From the NCBI GenBank assembly GCA_002104945.1, contig MCFH01000022.1, forward strand, positions 62,001-126,000: 64,000 nt of DNA, in the 5' to 3' direction. Below the pieces are notes generated by a model. The model was not told where the DNA came from, did no database searches, and saw nothing but the letters and a program-made list of their open reading frames with translations. Source of the stretch: Piromyces finnis finn. Its lineage: Eukaryota; Fungi; Neocallimastigomycota. Positions 11,354 to 23,000 of this stretch are shown in pieces (positions within the stretch are counted from its first letter, which is position 1; the number at the start of each line of letters is the position of its first letter). A program made the translations under genes and the position numbers.

Positions 11354-12573
11354 TGTTTAATAATTATATTACTATAATCTATTATTTAATTAATAAAAAT
11401 TGCAAAGAAATATACTACTGTTAAAAATATAATATATTTTTATTAATTATAAAAATATAGTATAATATATTATGAAATTGTAAAATATACTATATATTTA
11501 ATAATAATATTATAAATTTTTTATTGTTTAAATAGTATTGTGTTATGAAAGTATTTTAGAAATTAAATAATTATTAATTTTAATTATAAATTTTATATTT
11601 AAACTTATTTAATTATAATAATAATACCAATATTTATATATTATAAATTAATTCAAAATTTATATTTAAAATAGTTATAATATTGAATAAATTAATTTAG
11701 AAATTATATTTATTTAAAATAATTAAAATATTTATAGAATGTTGAAATTAATTATTATTAAATAATTATTTTATATATTATTAAATTAATTTATTTAAAA
11801 ATACTAAAATATATATTTTATAAAATATAAAATATATAAAAATCATTTTATAAATATATAAATTATTAATTTTAAGTTTATTTATTTTATATTTCATATT
11901 AACTAACTCCCTACTATATTTATTACTATTAATTTATACATATATATATGTATATATATATATAATTATAATTAATAAATGTAAAATCCAATTCACATCT
12001 TATATTTTGTACATTATTTATTATATTATTATTTTTTATTCTAAATTTTATATACAATATTTTTATTATTTATTATAGTATTTATGAGTATAGTTCATAC
12101 AATAATAATAAGTATTTATGAATATTTGTAAATAATTAATATATTATGTTAGAAGTATTGTTAAAGGATTATTAAATATTTTGGATTTTATTAATATGTC
12201 AGATAATTTATGAATTGTTAGAAGTTATTAATATACCAAATATATTTTGAATTAATTATTTAACTGGTATTATATTAAATTTTAAGTATTTTCAAATGTT
12301 TTTATAATCTGTTAATTTGTTGTTAAAACAGATATTTAACATATCTGGTATTATATATTATAACAAATAATAGAAATAGGTTTGTTAAACTAGAATTTAG
12401 ATTATTATTTAACAGATATATTTAGTATTATGATAGTTTTAAATAATTTTTATAAAATAAAAAAAAATAATTTGTAAATATAAACTGATTTTTTATAAAT
12501 TTCATATATAAAAAAATATAATAATATATTATTGTATAAAAATAATCTTCTAAAGTTGCCATTAAAAAATAAA

Positions 12574-15500
12574 ATGAAAAATTTTATATTATTAGTTATT
12601 TATTTAATAACATTAATTATTAATGTTACTGCTAAAAATAATATTGATGCTAATTGGATGAGTTATATCAATGATAATATACGAATTAATCAACTTAACA
12701 TTCCTGGAACACATGATTCTGGAACATATGATATAGGACAATTATCTAATAATAAAGTTTTAGAATCTTTAGTTGAAAGATCTATACTTGCACCTTATTC
12801 TCAAGTATTAGGTGGACTTACTCAAACACAAGAACTTGATATTACTGAACAATTAGAACATGGAATTAGATATTTTGATATAAGACTTACAATAAGCAAT
12901 AAAAATGATAAAAAACTTCATTTAACTCATGAATTCATTCCTTGTATAAATATTAAAAATAAATATAAATATTTATATTTTTCTGATGTATTAAGTGAAT
13001 GTTCAGAATTTTTAGATAAACATTATAATGAAACTGTTATTTTACATTTAAAAAGTGAAGATCTTCCTTCAGGAATTAATTCTACTCATGTAGCTAATTT
13101 AATATTTAATGATTTAGATAAATATCGTGCTAAAATATATACACTTAACTCATTTCCATCTCTTGGAAAAGTTAGAGGTCAAATGGTAATTGTTACACGA
13201 GATGAGTTTAAAACAGATTCAATTTTAGTTGATGATACATATAAAAAAGTTTCTATTGGTAATGTACTTTCATGGAAAGATATGGGTGGATGTGAAAAAT
13301 ATAATAATAAATATGATTGTTGTCCTAAATTAAATGGAGATTTGCGTGTTCAAGATGCTTATAATTTAGATGGAAGTGAAAAATGGGAATTAGCTCGTGA
13401 TATAATAGATAATGCAATTTTTGGTTGTAAATCTCAAAATGAATTTTTAACTATTAATGATATTAATAAATTGACTATTAATTTTATGAGTACAGCTAGA
13501 GCACATTCTTTTAGTTTAGAAGCATTACCACAATTAATACATGATATATCATTTGATGCTGGAATAGAAGATACAGCTAATTATGTAAATACAAAATTAA
13601 CTAAATATATCCTTGAACGAGAAAAAAATTTTCAAAACAAAATGTTTAACAATGAATGGATTTTTTTAGATTTTCCATCACTCGATGTTGTTCGTGCAAT
13701 TTATCAAAGTAATGGATATTTAAATCCTGAGTTAACTGCAGATAAAGTTGAAATATCTGACAAAGAATATATAATTGCTAATGCTAAATATTATGTTGCA
13801 TTAATTCCAATGGTAGGAAGTGCTGCAGCAGAATTAACTGGTGCTGTAATTGATGTTACTGCAACTATTGGAGAAACTATAGTAAATACAGTTGAAAGTG
13901 TAGCTGATGCAGTTGGATCTTTTTTCAAAGGATTTTTTTCTAAACGTGAAATTAGCGAATATGTTAAAGTATGTCTTCAACGTAAAACTTTAGCTAATGG
14001 TAATGAAATAGTTATAGTTAATTCTAAGTGTAAAAATAATCCAAAAAACAAATGGACTATTAATTCACATAATGAATATTATAATATTATTTCTGGATAT
14101 GATAGTAAATGTTTGGAATATGAAAATGGAAGCTTAAATGTTGTTAAATGTAAAACTAATCGAAAAAATCAAGATTTTAGTATTAAACATGGTGTTATTT
14201 GTTCAAGAATAGATGGATATAAATGTTTAGCTGGTGTGTTTGATATTCTACCAACACCTTTAGAATCAAAAAAATATGAAGGATTATCATGTTCTAAAGA
14301 TATTATCAAACGTGGTTATAAATGTTGTTCTAATCAAAATGCTAAAGTTGAAAAAGTTGATAATTATGGTAACTGGGCTAAAGAAAATGGTGAATGGTGT
14401 GGTATTGGGTATGAAAGATGTTCATTTGAAGTATTAGGATATCATTGTTGTTCATCTATTAATCCAAAAGTTGTCAAAGAAGATTCATATGGAAAATGGG
14501 GTGAAGAAGATGGAGAATTATGTGGTATTGGTGAAATGAATAGAGTTGTTACTTATAGAATTCGTAATATTAAAACTAAGCAATGTGTTTTAGTTAATAA
14601 TAGTGATGGTAATTTAATTGATTTAGGAGAGTGTACTACTTCGAATCATAGTTTATGGCATATTGCAAATGTCGATGAATATAACAACAAGAAAATTACA
14701 TCTGTTAAAAATGGAAAGTGTTTATATGCTGCTAATACACAAACATCAGGTTTAGAAATTTGTGAAGATGTTATGAATATTAAAGATCGTTATATGCACT
14801 TTGAAATTATTGAAGATAAATACTTATGTGTTAAAAATAGTAGAAATTTAAAATATAGTTGCTTAAGTAGTAAATCACTTAATTTTGAAGAATCATATGA
14901 TAAAAACGATGAAAGTTTCCAATGGGAAATACAAGATATAGATGAGGGTGTTATTGTTATTAAGGAAAATGATATATATAATCCTGATAAAAATAATGAT
15001 CCTCCAAAAATTTATCAACCACTTGATTTTGATTGTCCAATAGATAATTTCCCTTGTTGTTCTGATAATACTGAAATCATATATACTGATGAAGAAGGTA
15101 ATTGGGGACTTGAAAATGATGAGTGGTGTTTTATAAATAAATCAACTACAACAACTACTATAATATCTACTCCTACTTCTTCTGAATGCTATTTTGAAAC
15201 TTTAGGTTATTCATGTTGTCCTTCTGAAATTACAGAAGTAGCTTATACTGATGAAGATGGTAATAAATGGGGTATTATTAATAATGAATGGTGTGGTATT
15301 GTTGATCAAACATCTAGTACAACTACAACTACTTCAACTACAATAACTACAACAGTTAAACCATCTGCTACTATTAAACCTGGTCATACTGTTTATTGGT
15401 TCTATCATTCCTCTACAAATAAGTGTTTATATGCTCCTGAAAATGTAAATGGAAAAATTAAGATTAAATCATGTGATGATTCTAATTATTCTAAATGGAT

Positions 15501-16344
15501 GGTATTACCTTCTCGTAAAGGTTATTTCTATTCAATGGCTTATCCTGATTATTGTTTACAAGTTGATGATGAAAATAGTGGTTCACTTGCTTTAGGTAAA
15601 TGTGATGATCAAGCTAAATTAGAACATACAGATGATGCTTTCTTTAAATTAATTGGTTCTGATGATAAATGTATTGGTATCTTAGATGAAAATGATATGT
15701 ATAACAATGAAATAGAATTAAACTTAAATACTTGTATTGAAAGTGATAATGAAAAATTTTATGTTTGGGATAAACAACCAGATATTATTTGTTTTGCTGA
15801 AAATCTAGGTTACCAATGTTGTTCTGATCCTGAAACTATTGTTATTACCACTGATGAATATGGTGAATGGGGTATAGAAAATAATATGTGGTGTGGTATA
15901 TTAGGCTCTGAAAATAATATTCATAATATCACTCCTTCTATTAAAACTGAAACTTATTATTTATACAATTCATACACAAATAAATGTATTCATTCCAATG
16001 GTGTACTTAATGATAATATTACCTTGAATGATTGTGATTACTCAGAATATTCTCTTTGGGATGTTCCATATACACATGATGGTTATTTCCACTTAAAGTT
16101 TAATAATGATCATTGTCTAATGCTTGCCGATGATCTTTCCTTAATTTTAGGTATTTGTGGAAATGAAAGAACTAAATTTTATCGTAATGGTAATTATATT
16201 ATGTCTCCATTATATAAAAATATGTGTATTACATTAGATATTAATAATACTTTAGTTATGACTGATTGTAATGAATTTGATAATACTCAATTATATTACT
16301 TTAATCTCTGGAATGAGAATTCTATTGAATTAAATGATAATTGA
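12574..16344 (+). CDS. Secreted PI-PLC X-domain protein with four ricin-B-like lectin modules and five fungal dockerins (CBM10)
   Basis: Signal peptide from ATG 12574 (the listed start at 12532 is TTG). IPGTHDSG and QLEHGIRYFDIR are PLC-X motifs. Five CC..V..D..G.WG.EN..WCGI-type repeats, ricin-like CL...C...W repeats and Thr-rich linkers; no introns. Confidence 0.85.
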   Translation: MKNFILLVIYLITLIINVTAKNNIDANWMSYINDNIRINQLNIPGTHDSGTYDIGQLSNNKVLESLVERSILAPYSQVLGGLTQTQELDITEQLEHGIRYFDIRLTISNKNDKKLHLTHEFIPCINIKNKYKYLYFSDVLSECSEFLDKHYNETVILHLKSEDLPSGINSTHVANLIFNDLDKYRAKIYTLNSFPSLGKVRGQMVIVTRDEFKTDSILVDDTYKKVSIGNVLSWKDMGGCEKYNNKYDCCPKLNGDLRVQDAYNLDGSEKWELARDIIDNAIFGCKSQNEFLTINDINKLTINFMSTARAHSFSLEALPQLIHDISFDAGIEDTANYVNTKLTKYILEREKNFQNKMFNNEWIFLDFPSLDVVRAIYQSNGYLNPELTADKVEISDKEYIIANAKYYVALIPMVGSAAAELTGAVIDVTATIGETIVNTVESVADAVGSFFKGFFSKREISEYVKVCLQRKTLANGNEIVIVNSKCKNNPKNKWTINSHNEYYNIISGYDSKCLEYENGSLNVVKCKTNRKNQDFSIKHGVICSRIDGYKCLAGVFDILPTPLESKKYEGLSCSKDIIKRGYKCCSNQNAKVEKVDNYGNWAKENGEWCGIGYERCSFEVLGYHCCSSINPKVVKEDSYGKWGEEDGELCGIGEMNRVVTYRIRNIKTKQCVLVNNSDGNLIDLGECTTSNHSLWHIANVDEYNNKKITSVKNGKCLYAANTQTSGLEICEDVMNIKDRYMHFEIIEDKYLCVKNSRNLKYSCLSSKSLNFEESYDKNDESFQWEIQDIDEGVIVIKENDIYNPDKNNDPPKIYQPLDFDCPIDNFPCCSDNTEIIYTDEEGNWGLENDEWCFINKSTTTTTIISTPTSSECYFETLGYSCCPSEITEVAYTDEDGNKWGIINNEWCGIVDQTSSTTTTTSTTITTTVKPSATIKPGHTVYWFYHSSTNKCLYAPENVNGKIKIKSCDDSNYSKWMVLPSRKGYFYSMAYPDYCLQVDDENSGSLALGKCDDQAKLEHTDDAFFKLIGSDDKCIGILDENDMYNNEIELNLNTCIESDNEKFYVWDKQPDIICFAENLGYQCCSDPETIVITTDEYGEWGIENNMWCGILGSENNIHNITPSIKTETYYLYNSYTNKCIHSNGVLNDNITLNDCDYSEYSLWDVPYTHDGYFHLKFNNDHCLMLADDLSLILGICGNERTKFYRNGNYIMSPLYKNMCITLDINNTLVMTDCNEFDNTQLYYFNLWNENSIELNDN

Positions 16345-17122
16345 ATATTTAAATTAAAATAATATTTATAAAATAAAATAAATAATATATAAATTTAGAT
16401 ATAGATTAGAAGTTATTTAATATTAGTTTTCAAAATTTCTTTTGTAATTATAAAATTTAGTTTAATAAAATAAATAATTTTTTAAACTTTAAAAAACTTA
16501 TTAACTATATTTTTCACAAATAAAAAATATTAAGTGGTTAAGATCTATTATATTCATAGTTAGAATTTATTCAATCTATATATAAATAATTATAAATCTA
16601 AAATAGATTATTTCTCAATAAAAAATATAAAAAATAAAATTATAAAGTATAATGTTTTAATTAAACTTATAAAAGTTTATAAAAAAACTAAACATTATAT
16701 TTTTTAAAAGACTTTAATTTTTTTATAATATATTACATAAAGAATTTAACATATTATATTTTAAATATTTATATCGATTGATAAATTCTTATTTTATTTT
16801 TTTTTATATTTTATTAATTTTATACAAATATTTTTTTAAAATGATTATAAAATCTATAATAAATTTATTAAAAATTTATTAAATTAGGATTCATACTTTT
16901 ATACTTTATTTTTTATTATAATTTATTTCTATTACCGTTAAAAAAAATATTATAATTTATTTCTATCATTAATTTGAAATATTATTTAATAAATTTTATT
17001 TTTTATTTAATTATATAATTTTATTTATTTTATCATACTTATTTTTCATATAAATCATACACAATATTTATTTACATTAACTTTTATAATTTATTCATTA
17101 CATAATTATTTAACTACAAGTA

Positions 17123-17371
17123 ATGGCTGATCAATCTGAATTAGATAAATTTTTTGAAGAATCTCCTTTGTTTGAGGAAGATAGAAAAAGAGAACAAGAA
17201 GAATTGAAATTATTAGAAAAAATGTTACATAATGATAATATATTGGATAAATCACTTCGTTGTAAAAGATGTTTGAATAATAATATTGATATGAGACGTA
17301 TACAGCTTCGTCGTACTGATGAAGAAGCTACATTGGTATATTATTGCTTAAATTGCAATAGAATTATTTAA
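17123..17371 (+). CDS. Minimal TFIIS-C/RPA12/RPC11-type zinc-ribbon protein (82 aa)
   Basis: CKRC...IQLRRTDEE...YYCLNC matches the CxxC..QxRxxDE..CxxC ribbon and keeps the acidic DE pair. Confidence 0.82.
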   Translation: MADQSELDKFFEESPLFEEDRKREQEELKLLEKMLHNDNILDKSLRCKRCLNNNIDMRRIQLRRTDEEATLVYYCLNCNRII

Positions 17372-17388
17372 ATATATATATATTAAGT

Positions 17389-17445
17389 ATATTTAATAAT
17401 ATATTTAATAATATATTTAATAATATATTTAATAATATATTTAAT
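17389..17445. repeat. 12-bp tandem repeat ATATTTAATAAT, about 4.7 copies
   Basis: Read directly; starts 17 bp after the TFIIS-like stop codon. Confidence 0.85.
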
Positions 17446-17677
17446 TATACTTACATATTGAATAAATAATTAATACATGTATTGTATATGTATAATAATC
17501 ATTAATTTATCTATTATAAATCAAGATTAATAATATTAACAATATTAAAAAAAAATAGTATATTAATTATAATTATATAAATGTAAATAATTTAAATATA
17601 ATTTAAAATATAATTTAAATCTAAATTAATATTTTTAAAAAATATAATATAAAATGATAAATTATTAAAATATATAA

Positions 17678-17725
17678 TATTATTATAAGATTAATTATAA
17701 TAAATAACTTTATACAAAATAATAA
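17678..17725 (+). repeat. 48-bp perfect direct repeat, right copy
   Basis: Identical to 4874-4921; flanking bases differ on both sides. Confidence 0.92.
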
Positions 17726-18730
17726 CTCTTGATTTCTCAAATCGAACTCAAGAGTACTATTTATATGTTTTATTCTATTAAATTAAAATTTCTAAGAACA
17801 TTCTAATCTTAACAAGAATCTTTTTAGGAAAAGACTAGAAGAAAAACCTAAAAAGTTATTTGATTGATATTCTAATCATACCAATCATCGTAATATTAAG
17901 TAAAACCGTTGATAACGGGTAAAACCTTAATATCCGATTTCCTATTACATACTAATATATAGTTGTATAATATTATTAATGTAATTAGTATGTGCTTTAT
18001 CTTTTATAATACAAGTATATATATAAATGAATGTATAAATACATAATTAAATAAATTAATTAATCTAATATAGCGAATGAATAATTATTAACTAAATAAA
18101 TATTTACAATATTTAACTTAACAAATAACTATAATAATAAATAAATATATTAATATAATCTAATGGATTAATGATTATTAACTAAATAAATTATTTGTAA
18201 TATTTAATACTAAGAATAAATAATAAGTATTTATTCTTACATTATAATAAAAATAAACGATAATAACCCTTAAAAATGAATGAATAATAATTTTATGAAA
18301 ATATAACCCTATATAACCCTTACTTAAATAAATAATATTCTTTATTATATAATAAATTCTGAGTAAAAACGACCTAATAGTGATAATAATAAAATAAATT
18401 ATTAAATAAATAAAACGCCTTAATCTAATAATGTATAAAAATAATAAAATAATAATAAATAAATAAAAATGAATAAACAAACTAAAAATAAAATGGTACA
18501 TCAAATTATTAATTCTAGTGTTTATCCAAGTGTTCTTTAGAAATTCTCTTAAACTTATAAATTAATAAATAACTAATTGAGTAATTATTACTAAAATGAT
18601 AAACTTAAAACCTGGAAATAGAACAATAATAACAATTCTAAAGATAAAATACAGAACTCTTTTATGTTTCTGTATAAAATGAGTGTTTATAATAATTGAT
18701 ACTTTTAATATTTTAATTTTGTTATATTTT

Positions 18731-18840
18731 TATTTTAATTTTATTTTAATTTTATTTTAATTTTATTTTAATTTTATTTTAATTTTATTTTAATTTTATT
18801 TTAATTTTATTTTAATTTTATTTTAATTTTATTTTAATTT
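18731..18840. repeat. 11-bp tandem repeat TATTTTAATTT, 10 copies
   Basis: Read directly. Confidence 0.9.
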
Positions 18841-20042
18841 TAAATTTTAATTATTTTATTCAAGGTATTATACATTTAATGATAGTCAATGATAATTTAT
18901 AATAATTTTTCTAAATTTAAGCATTTTGAAGTAATAAGAAAATCAAATAAGTAATATTCTATAATATTTTATAATACTAAGACATAATTTTAATTTATTC
19001 TTTTAATTTTAATAAATAATAACAATAGTAATAATAATATTTAATAGTTAAAAATAATAATACATGTAATAATTGAAAATGTATAAAAGAAAGATAAAAT
19101 TCTTCTTTATAAAGAGGGGACAATAAATAGAGAATAAAAAAGACAATAAACAGATAATAAATAAATTATAGAATATAATAAAGATTTAATTTAAAACATA
19201 ATAAGAGTTTATTTTCGAGTTTTGAGTGATTTATTTGTTAATTATAAAGCATATTTTTTTATTTTATTTTAAATTTATTGTTTCATCATTGTAAAGAAAT
19301 GTGTCTTTAACAATAAAACAAATTATAATATTTACTAAATAACTTAGTAATATTAACACTTTAAAATATTCTGTAAATTATTAATTTATAAAAATATCAT
19401 TAAAAACACATAGAATTTAACTTAATAAGTTAGTGTTTAATAATATAATTATTTATTAATAAAATCTCGATTCTTTAAAATATTTGGGAAAATTCACTCG
19501 TATTTATACTAAAAATTTTTTAAATTAATTTATAAAATTTTTTCAACTTAAAATTCTTAACCAATCAATAATCTTCATATAAAATAAAATTTAAAAATAA
19601 AATAAAATAAAATAAAATTATAATTTTTTTAAAATAGTATCTATGAGGTCTCGAACTAGTGTCATTCAGACTCAAAGTCTTAGCTACTAACCACTAAGAC
19701 AATTTAGTTATTTCTAGTATTCATTACATGGTCCTCCTCCAGGATTCGGATACCAGACGAATCTAGAATTTTAATATTTAAATATATGTTTTTCTTTTTT
19801 AATAAACTAAACTAAGGAGTGAATTTTCTTAATTATAAAAATACATTTAATATAATAAAATACATTTTTTTTTTTTTTTTTAATATTACTAAAGTTAAAA
19901 ATAAAATATTGATAAATTTGATATTAATAAATTGTTTAATAATAAAATTGATATTGATAATGATATTAATAAGTTTTGATAATAATAATAATTGTGATTT
20001 TAATATTAATAATAAATATAATTTGAATTTTTTAACTATTTT

Positions 20043-23000
20043 TTATTTCTTTCTATTAAATTTTTTAAGTAGCCCCTTGCAATTTAGATTTTCTTCAGGC
20101 TCCCACGAAGCTTCATTGATTGAATACCCTTTCCATTTAATCAGGTATTGTATTTTTCCGTAATGTCTTCTTTTATCCAGAATTTCTTCAACTTCGTATT
20201 CTTCTTCATTGTCAACGGTAATAGGTGGCGGTGGTGGTTGAGATCTTCCAAATTTATCTTCGACATATTTCTCGAGATTGGATACATGAATAACTGGATG
20301 AATCTTAATAGATTTTGGGAGACTTAATTTAAATGTAACATTTGATATTTTTTCCAAGATTTTGTATGGGCCGAGTTTTCTTGGCTTAAATTTTTTATTT
20401 CCTTTGTGGATAATTAAAGAACTATCCAGCCAAACTTTGTCACCAACTTTAAAATTCGGAGCTTCTTTTCTACGTTTGTCAGCATGCTTCTTCTGGGTTT
20501 CCATGGCAGATTTTAAATTTTCTTTTAAGGTATTAATTAAAGTTTTAAAATCTCTTGTAAACTCTTCTGCTCTTGGGACTTTAGATAGGTCTGGAATAAC
20601 TGGTGAATATTTTGGATGAAAGCCGTAATTCAAAAAGAATGGAGAAAATTTGGATGATTCTTGAACCACGTTGTTATAACTAAATTCTGCAAGACTAAGA
20701 AAACTTTTCCAATTTGAACCTTTATAATTTGAGAAACATCTTAAATATTGTTCTATAACGGAGTTCACCCTCTCCGTCTGACCGTTTGATTGATGATGAA
20801 ATGGAGTAGACAACTTAAGTTCAATGCCAAGGGAGGAACAGATGGATTGGAAGAATTTAGAGGTAAATTGAGAACCTCTATCCGAGACAATAGATTCAGG
20901 TAGGCCATGAAGACGGAAAATATTATCAATAAAGGCTGTGGCTGTTTCGGCGGCGGAAGGAATACTTTTGAACGGAATGAGATGAACCATTTTTGTAAGA
21001 CGATCAACAACAACAAGAATGCAAGTGAAACCAGAAGATGAAGGCAAATCTGTAATGAAATCCATTGAAATGGATGACCAAGGACGCTCAGCAATATCAA
21101 GAGGATTCAGAAGACCATAAGGTTTATGACGAAAGGTTTTTGAACGACAACAAACTTCACAAGAACGAACGTAGTCTTTAACATCAGAAGAAATAGAAGG
21201 CCACCAGAAGTCTCTAGCAATAAGAGAAGATGTTTTCTTTATTCCGAAATGACCAGCTGAAGGAGAGTCGTGACAGAGTTTAAGAATTGAAAGACGACAA
21301 TTAGGAGGAACATAGATTCTGTCAGTAAAAAGGAGAAAACTATTGCTTAAGGAAAATTTGTCAATTTGAGGGTGAGGTATTGGAGGTTTCCTACAATCAA
21401 GATATTCACAGATTTTATTGTAAAAGTCATCATTTATATATTCGGAAAGAAAAGAATCACTAATGGACGAAACAGAAGTCACAATGGCACAAAAGTTTTC
21501 AGGGCGAAGAACATTAAAAGGAACATCAGAAGAGGAATTCGAATTGATAGCATAATCAGGACGACGAGATAGAGCATCAGGCTTACCGTTAGAAGAACCA
21601 GAACGATAAATAATAACAAAGTTAAATTCAGAGAGAAACAAAGCCCAGCGAACAAGACGTTGAGACATTTTTTCAGGTTTCTTTTGATAGAGTAAATTTC
21701 GATGATCCGAGTAAATCTTAAAAGTAGAAGAAGAGCCTTTAAGTAGATGACGCCATGTTTCAAGAGCAGCAACGATAGCTAAGAGCTCTTTATCATATAT
21801 TGGATAATTACGTTCAGGACCAGTAAGAGAGCGAGAAAAGAAAGCAACTGGATGGGTCATATTATCAATTGGAGAGACTTGCGAGAGAATAGCACCAATG
21901 GCAAAGTTACTTGAATCAGTTTCGACTATGAACGGAAGTTCACGATTAGGAAATATAAGAACAGGAGCAGAAACAAATAAGGACTTGAGTGAATCGAAAG
22001 CATCTTGAGCTTCTTTAGACCATACAAATTTAACATTTTTCTTCAAAAGTTTATGCAAAGGATGAGCGATCTTTGCAAAATTTGGAATAAATCGACGGTA
22101 GTAGTTCGCAAGACCAAGAAAAGATTGAACCTCTTTAACATTAGATGGAGTAGGCCAGTTTAAAATAGAAGAAACTTTATTTGGGTCCATGTGAATACCA
22201 TCAGTAGAAATCCTATGACCAAGGAAATCAATAAAAGAAACAAAAAACTCGCATTTTTCCAATTTAGCATAGAGCCCAGTATCCCTCAGGAGTTTCAAAA
22301 CAGTTTTGACATGAGAAATATGAGATTTATAATCCGAGGAAAAAATAATAATATCATCTATGTAAGAGAAAGCGAATTTACCAAGAACGTCTTCAAGAAC
22401 ATCATTAATGAAATGTTGAAAAACAGCAGGTGCATTTTTCAACCCAAAAGGCATCACACAGTATTCAAAATGACCTAACTTGCAAGTAAAAGCGGTTTTA
22501 TATTCATCACCACTTTTAATCCTGACCAAGTTATAGGCAGAACGAAGATCCAATTTTGAGAAAATCTTCCCTTTTCCAAGATGTTCAAGCATATCTTGTA
22601 TAAGAGGAAGGGGATAAGAATCACGAATAGTTATGGAGTTTAATTGGCGATAGTCAACACACATACGAAGTTGACCGTTTTTCTTAGGTACAAACAGAAT
22701 AGGAGCTCCCGCAGGCGATTTTGATTTTCTAATAAATCCTTTCTTGAGATTTTCTTTTATATATTCTTCTAAAGCAATTGATTCGGTTTCTGTTAAGGGA
22801 TAAATCGGTCCATAAAACAGTTTTGAATTTTCTTTGAGTTTTATTTCACAATCGTATGGACGGTGTGGAGGAAGTTTTTCGGCATTAGATTCATTGAAGA
22901 CATCAGCAAAGTCAGAGAGAACATCCGGAAGTATAATAGAAGAATTAGGTTCTGATTTAGAGTTTGAATCGGATTTGAGAATAGAATTGGAATGAATATT

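Larger units (their letters stand above)
4670..18241 (-). mobile_element. Family-E solo LTR (about 770 bp net) split by a 12.76-kb insertion
   Basis: Termini are TGTAAGAA (minus strand, from 18241) and ...TTATTACA (ending at 4670), as in the other E copies. TSD TTATA at 4665-4669 and 18242-18246. Segments 4670-4921 and 17678-18241 are complementary parts of the E LTR seen whole at 42967-43838. Confidence 0.8.

Noticed and set aside
4922-17677. Terminal inverted repeats or an integrase for the cassette (Maverick-like or cut-and-paste element)
   Set aside because: The ends are not complementary by eye, and no such ORF is present.
18178-20163. Hydrophobic ORFs 18178-18504 and 19819-20163
   Set aside because: Low-complexity AT-rich sequence crossing LTR or element boundaries, with no motifs.
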